A DNA stretch of 62,962 nucleotides, the filler included, from Craspedostauros australis (taxonomy: Eukaryota): NCBI GenBank assembly GCA_030167865.1. It is 11 parts of 11 records of this genome, joined end to end, with 100 filler letters (N's around TTAATTAATTAA, not from the genome) between each part and the next. Parts side by side here need not be neighbours in the genome. Positions count along the whole stretch, not along the records: positions 50,781 to 57,144 come from JALAGF010002708.1; positions 57,245 to 58,723 come from JALAGF010002709.1; positions 58,824 to 60,288 come from JALAGF010002710.1; positions 60,389 to 61,674 come from JALAGF010002712.1; positions 61,775 to 62,962 come from JALAGF010002713.1; 6 more parts are not named here. One strand, written 5' to 3'. The translations under genes were made by a program, and so were the position numbers. The notes beneath the pieces are model-generated. The model made no database searches, was not told where the DNA came from, and saw only the letters and a program-made list of their open reading frames with translations. Below are positions 56,802 through 62,962 of this stretch, piece by piece. Position 1 is the first letter of the stretch; every line of letters starts with the position of its first letter.

Positions 56802-57504
56802 TTTACAGAAACTGTAACCTTAATTGCATCCCCGTGTTATTTCAGAAAGTGTTATTTCAACTCAATCGAAGACTGGTGATCACAGCAACTCACCTGTATC
56901 CATGCACTGTCATGTCAACACTGTTGAGCATGTTGTATCCCACATTAATGTGAGATGCTATGTGTCATGGTGTGCAGTGTCATAGTCACATGTGATAGCA
57001 TGTGTTATTGTGTGCATAGTGCCAGTGTGTGTGTGAGCACGTGGATGTGTGAGTATCACGGTTGATGGTGTTGTTCCCCCTCCTCCCCCACAAGTCAGCC
57101 ATTTCATGGGACTTGTGCCATCCTCCAGTAGTTGGAATGGTGTTNNNNNNNNNNNNNNNNNNNNNNNNNNNNNNNNNNNNNNNNNNNNTTAATTAATTAA
57201 NNNNNNNNNNNNNNNNNNNNNNNNNNNNNNNNNNNNNNNNNNNNCCAAAGTTCACTAACCAGGTCGTTTTGGTGCCTGACCAATCACAATGGCCGGACTG
57301 TTGACAGGCGCGTCCTTGCGACAATGACGAAAATATTAATTTAGCCGCGAAATACACATGTCAACCGTTTCCCAGTAGAGTTGAGTAGAGTAGACGAGAC
57401 AAGTTTATAATGCTGGTGATGAATCCTGTTCTGTGGAATACGAGTAGAGGGTTCAACCAACTATATTGCATACTGACATCAGCCATTGGCATGTACCTAC
57501 TTTG

Positions 57505-58722
57505 GGATGGTCCAGACCCAACTGCGAAGAGTTTCAGATTACATGTAGTCCAATCCTGCGATACCGTTCAGTCACTGTGTGTGCTGTGCATACAAAAGGT
57601 CAAGCATATTTGATGATACCAACGGCACCACTCCAAGCACACTCCCAAGAGTACGGCCATGGAGTCTGTAGTGTTAGAGCCGTCTGGAAGTTATCGAAAT
57701 CTACGGATGCTGATACCACGCAGTACTGCGTCAGACGAGACTGCACGGTATGCATCGCCTTGTGCAGTATTATGCATATCGATGTATTGCACAGGCCATT
57801 TTCAGATATCCAACCAGCTGGACTACTCCAAGCGCACCCCAAAGAGTACGGTCGCCGAGTTTGAAGTCCTAGATCCGTTTAGAAGGGATCCAATTCTACA
57901 GATGCTGATACCAAGCAGTACTGAACGGTGCGTATCGCGCTGTACAGCGTTCTGAGAATGTGTGCATACAAAAAGTCAATCATATTCCAATCCAACACTT
58001 CGATGACTCCAAACCCCCTCCAAAAGATACGGATATGGAGGTCGAAGTGATATATCTATGTGGAAAGGATCGAAATCTACAGATCAGGATGTCATGTGAT
58101 GCTGTGAGGGCGGTACTGTGAGCTACGCATCAAACTGCACAGTAACTCGACCATCTGTGCATATAAAATGTCAGTTTCGATCCAATCCAACACTACCACC
58201 ACTCCAAGCACACTCCAAAGAGTACGGCTATGGAGTTTGAGGTCTTGGATCCATCAGAAAGGGGTATTGGCATGCGCGCAGATGAACGGCGCCAGTCATT
58301 TCCATTTGATATCTGCATCCGTAGATTTCGATCCTTTCCAACCAGAGTCTAGACTTCAAATTCCATAGCCGTACCCTTTGGAGTGTGCTTGGAGTGGTGG
58401 TAGTGTTGGATTGGATCGCAATTGACATTTTACATGCACAAATGGTCGAGTTACTGTACAGTTTGATGCGTAGCTCACAGTACTGCCACACACAGGATCA
58501 CATGATATCCAGATCCATCGATATGAGTACCTTCCAGACGGATTAGAGACCTCAAACTTCGTGGCCGTACCCTTTGGAGTGTGCTTGGAGTGATGCGGTT
58601 GGTAGAATCAAGTATGCTTGACCTTTTGCATGCACATAGAACCAACACAATACACACTGCGACCGAATGGTATCACAGGAACTGACTACATGTGATCTGA
58701 ATCTCCTTCCAGTTGGATGTAG
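57505..58722. mobile_element. Foldback-like non-autonomous element with inverted arms built from ~190-bp tandem units
   Basis: ACTCCAAGCACACTCCAAAGAGTACGG-like anchors run forward at 57630, 57825, 58006 and 58201, and reverse-complemented ending at 58395 and 58591. The axis is ~58298. Confidence 0.75.
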
Positions 58723-58823
58723 ANNNNNNNNNNNNNNNNNNNNNNNNNNNNNNNNNNNNNNNNNNNNTTAATTAATTAANNNNNNNNNNNNNNNNNNNNN
58801 NNNNNNNNNNNNNNNNNNNNNNN

Positions 58824-59752
58824 AGGACAGCTCTAGCTGCGATAGCCAGTGTCTGTTCCCCCCCAACACATAGGGTGTACAGATTTGGACCGAGTGCAGG
58901 CGGCGGTAGATCCGCGCGCGCGCGGACAAACTCCACGACCTGCTGCATCTGGCGTGTTGGCAACTCCTCCTGGGGGAGCAAGACACCCCAGAGCGCAGAA
59001 GCCACGTTGACCCACACACGTGTTACATTCCACCATGTGTGCCTGTCGCAATTCCAGCCAAGCACGAATCCCTTGGGAGGCATGGAAGTAAACACGTTCA
59101 TGTCGAAGTGATCCGTGAGCAACTCCATCACGCGAATCACAGCAGGGCGCCTCCAGTTCTCCCCCTCTTGCGGATCATACCCGAACTGACCTCCTCTCCT
59201 GTTCCTGCTGGCACGCGTTCCTTCCCCCCTGTCGTTGTCGTCGTAGGTGGTGTCGCTGTCATTGGAGGTGTCTGCATAGCCACCAGCTACAACAGCATTG
59301 CAGCGACGAGGGAGCCTCGCTGGTGGGGCAGGCTCGACAGGTGGTGCAACGTCAGGCACAGCAGGGGGTGGCGCGTTCACGATAACGCTCACCACTGCTC
59401 CATCGCCGACACCTCGTCCCTCGGATCGCACCCTGACGTTGGAGTCGTCGAAGACGCCTCCGTTGTCATCGAGGATGTGAACGAACACATGCAGCACGCG
59501 AGCGTGCGCATCCGTACTGTTCGGGACGAGGCTGCCATCCGCTGCATGCATCGGCTCCACATCAATCACTTGCGTGATGGTGGTTGGCTTCTGGACTGCA
59601 GGGGATGGCTTGTCGGGCAACAGTTGCTCCGCGGTAGGGAGCAAGTTTCCCTTGGAGTCAACAGGAGGAGCAGACACAGGGTAAGCAGAGCGCGGTTTCT
59701 TACAGGGGGAGGGGTTGGCATCCTTGGCCTTGGCGGTGGTGGAGAGAGGCAT
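58824..59752 (-). CDS. Hypothetical protein (3' truncated)
   Basis: Long ORF MPLSTTAKAK... with a Pro-rich region and a W-rich C-terminal part. No recognised domain. Confidence 0.5.
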
Positions 59753-59866
59753 GTTGTAGTTGTTGGTGTAGGGTATAGTTGATACTTGGTTTGATGTCAT
59801 GAACTGCACTGGTATGAGACGAAGTGACGACGGAGAGCATACAATGCAAGGTCGACCATTTGTTGA

Positions 59867-59883
59867 CAACAACAACAACAACA

Positions 59884-59918
<35 letters not shown>

Positions 59919-59921
59919 ACT
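59867..59921. repeat. Compound microsatellite (CAA)n(CTA)n
   Basis: Read directly from the sequence. Confidence 0.95.
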
Positions 59922-60388
59922 AATAGGGCGAGCACAAGCATGGAACACAACAGCGAGTGCGCATGGCATTGGCGAGGAAAGTTGTGAAATGGAGCGAAAG
60001 AGTGGCGATGATTTGCGGAATTGTGAGCGGATGGCGATGATGTTGGATGTGTGATGTGTTTTGTGTGATGTGTTTTGTGTGATGTGTTTTGTGACGATCA
60101 AAATGTGAGATCATGTGGCGCAGGCTAACGTGTATTTAACGCGTACCAAACGAACGACATTTTCTGCGTCCGGTCCATGACTGACTGCCTCATGATAAAT
60201 GCATCGGAACAGCATGGAACCTTCTGAAAAACAACAAGTAGTTTCACGGGGTCGACCCATACGACTTTATCATATTTTTGACTATCCANNNNNNNNNNNN
60301 NNNNNNNNNNNNNNNNNNNNNNNNNNNNNNNNTTAATTAATTAANNNNNNNNNNNNNNNNNNNNNNNNNNNNNNNNNNNNNNNNNNNN

Positions 60389-61674
60389 CCAGAGATTTCG
60401 TGAGATGGATGAGGTGCGACCTTCCTGGCGGGGCAATTTTGCTGTCGTGAGTGTTTGGTTTTTACCATAAGTAGAATTTTTCGATTGGTTCCAGTGACGA
60501 CGTTTTGATCTGTGATTGCGAGATTTGGTCCGAGATTGGGGACGCCACACACGTTTTGTTCGTGGGGAGTTTCCTTTCGACACGTTCACGGGTTTGGGTC
60601 CATCTGGGTCGAGACTTTCCATCACGAGATCGTAGAGACTGCGTTTCACAGCCCCATTGAAGTGTGTTGGACGTTTGTGCGCTTGCTTGTACCGTTCTTT
60701 GACTCGTGCCTTGTTATAGACTAGGTCAGTGGAGTTGACTGAGTCGGGTCTTCGTGGAACGTTTGTGTGGAGGAGGAGTAGAGTTACAGCGATTAGCATC
60801 CAGGCATTAGCTGCCGCGATGTACCACCCATACTCTACTCCGATAGTGATGACTTGGAGTGAAGCGAAGAGGAGAACCATTCCAACGATACTACCGAAGT
60901 AGTTGAAGGAGGTGAAGAGATTCCAGACAAGAGACCACCAGGTGTCTTCGTCTTGGCTGGAGGCGGCTGTGAAGCATGTCCACGCAGCCATGTCGATGGA
61001 GAGGTTGTCTTGTTTGGGAACTTGTTTGCCTTTTCCCTTCGCCTTGAACTTGAAGTTGTCCTGATGGCTCTCGGTGTTGTGCGAAAGGCGCCAGCGGCGG
61101 CACTTGGCACACCACATGAACGTCTTGTCGTTGACAAGCTTGCGCTGTGGTTCACCAGGCTTGGGAGCTTTGGACGACCAGCCCTGGCCGGCGTTGCGTT
61201 TGGCGTCGCGTTCCTTGGGCTTCTTGAAGTTGTTTTTCCTTCCGTCGTTCTTGGAGAAACCCTTGTGTTGCTCGAGAACGTTGGCGCTTGGATTCTGGAC
61301 GACTTTGTTTGCGTACGAGTACCTGGGCACGTTGCTATCTTTGGTACGCCTGATGGCATGCCAGCGATTTCCGCGCACCTCGTTTTCGTACGACGCCTCG
61401 GCCTTGTTGCAGATTGCCATCCATGTGAGATCTTTTGCGGCAAGCTGGGGGCGAGCGTACTCGTACGTGAAGACGGGGAGACGCATGAGGATTTCCTCAA
61501 GGTTATCCTTCATCACATAGAGAGGACGTCGGTACTGTTCACCAGACCGGATCTGTCCTCCAGCCTGCAGGAAGGCATCGAGGATTGTTTGGAGGAGACG
61601 AAGGTCGAAGCGACCGGCGTCGTCGAGGCGCTTGCAAAGAGCACGGAGGTGGACTGCCATGAGACCAACGTTCT
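60389..61674 (-). mobile_element. Copia (CoDi-like) gag C-terminal fragment with zinc knuckle
   Basis: The ORF spans the whole contig. Y.......W, a basic linker, W...APKPGEP and KTFMWCAKCRRWRLSHNTESH are typical of diatom Copia Gag. Confidence 0.7.
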
Positions 61675-62962
61675 NNNNNNNNNNNNNNNNNNNNNNNNNN
61701 NNNNNNNNNNNNNNNNNNTTAATTAATTAANNNNNNNNNNNNNNNNNNNNNNNNNNNNNNNNNNNNNNNNNNNNGCAGCTGTCACATGTGTGGATAGGAT
61801 CTGTCCACTTTCCACATTGAAGAGGAGAAGATGTTGGACGTTGCCAACAGTCGCACCATGATTTGCACCATCAGCAGGTTGGATTCTGCAGTTAGTTTGT
61901 TGTCGTACGCGTCGCTGAACAGCTGCTTCCACTGTTCGAAGGATGCCCTGTCTGCCAGATCGTCCCTCATCTCCTTCATGAAAGCAATGGGCTCATCAAG
62001 TGCGCCCTCCTTCCCAGATGCAGCTTGGAAAGGTTCCAAGCCCCATGTCATCAGATTCCTCTTGCGGAGGATGTCACCCCAACTTCTCTTGTGCTGATGA
62101 CTCCAAGTCCAATGGTTCTTGTTTTCAGTGGGTTGCTTTTTTGGCGTCTTGTTGCCTGGAGAGTCGCTTGCCACCTCGGCCTCCTTGTCCTGGACATCCT
62201 TGTGCCATGGTCAGCATCCATCGAGCACTCTGGTTGACTTTGCCAGAGCCGTTTTATGCGCCTGTGCGCACCATTGTCAAAGATTTTGTTCTAGTACTGA
62301 TTCTACAGGTTCTACGTGAGAATTTTTGTGCTGGTCCTACATACGTCATCAACTGTGGAAGAGCCATGGGACATTCTTTAGTAGGCAAAAAATAGCATTA
62401 TTTCACACTAAGCTTAGTGTGTTAATACAAAGTATTAGCATTATGCTTTATTCCGCACAGCTCTCCCTCGTGTTCCAGCTTAGTTGTGCGTATGAATCGT
62501 ATCCTGAACCAACACGAACCATGAAATGGTCACATTACGAGCGAATAGCTCGACGAGAAACAAAACTAAAGAAGTACCAAGGTACTGGGTATCAGAGACA
62601 AGGTACCACGAAACAAGAACGATACTGTGAGATAGCTACTGATCCAAACCAGTTGAACCTGAAGAGATGTAAAGATCCTATCCGATGCTTGCAGAACAGA
62701 GGAATGCAAGAGCAGAGGCATGGACATGAACAGAGGTCAGAGAGTAAGCTCACAACTCTTAAGTTTGTAATAACATTCGAGTTCCCAACAGACTTCCAGT
62801 GAACGCCGCCTTCTCGATCTGATTAATTGCAGAAGGACGCGTTCCCCTCTACATTACCACCAATTCCTCGAGTCTATCACAAAGCCTTGCGCAACCTGCT
62901 TTGCTCCCATTGGACAGGGGATGCCGAGGTCATCTGCTGAGCTGTTGGCATGGTGCGGAAAG

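Noticed and set aside
50786..56957. 13-bp inverted match CATCTCACATTAA / TTAATGTGAGATG as TIRs
   Set aside because: The match is short, in low-complexity context and at a contig edge, so no TSD can be assessed.
27883..61730. Recurrent TTAATTAATTAA palindrome as a biological repeat
   Set aside because: It is always embedded in N runs and is an artificial six-frame-stop linker. Cross-contig neighbourhoods were therefore not interpreted.
61774..62962. Short ORFs in the last contig
   Set aside because: They lack clear starts or motifs; possibly a degenerate repeat, but unsupported.

Overview
Eukaryotic genomic DNA with GT-AG introns. It is most consistent with a diatom, given a DUF6824 protein, CoDi-like Copia fragments and RXL-motif secreted proteins. 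It is a concatenation of 11 unrelated contigs joined by artificial N-TTAATTAATTAA-N linkers, so synteny is meaningful only within a contig. Contig 1 (1-27838) is gene-rich. It has UDP-glucose 6-dehydrogenase head-to-head with a GaaA-type D-galacturonate reductase, a membrane-anchored M16C/PreP-like protein with a degenerate active site, and a 1522-aa secreted VWA/PT-rich protein. It also has a peroxisomal ECH1-like crotonase, transaldolase, an FSH1-type serine hydrolase and a CaaX-box hypothetical. Later contigs hold a palindromic duplicated gene pair, a patatin, a DUF6824 protein, a sulfotransferase-like protein, a degenerate RNase H-bearing LINE, Copia fragments, a TTAGGG-containing satellite block and a foldback element. 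One contig carries an ankyrin(-BTB) gene whose repeats are near-identical except at binding-surface codons. The strongest leads are this hypervariable ankyrin array, the UGDH/GaaA pair and the membrane pseudo-PreP. All calls come from motif recognition by eye; no searches were run.
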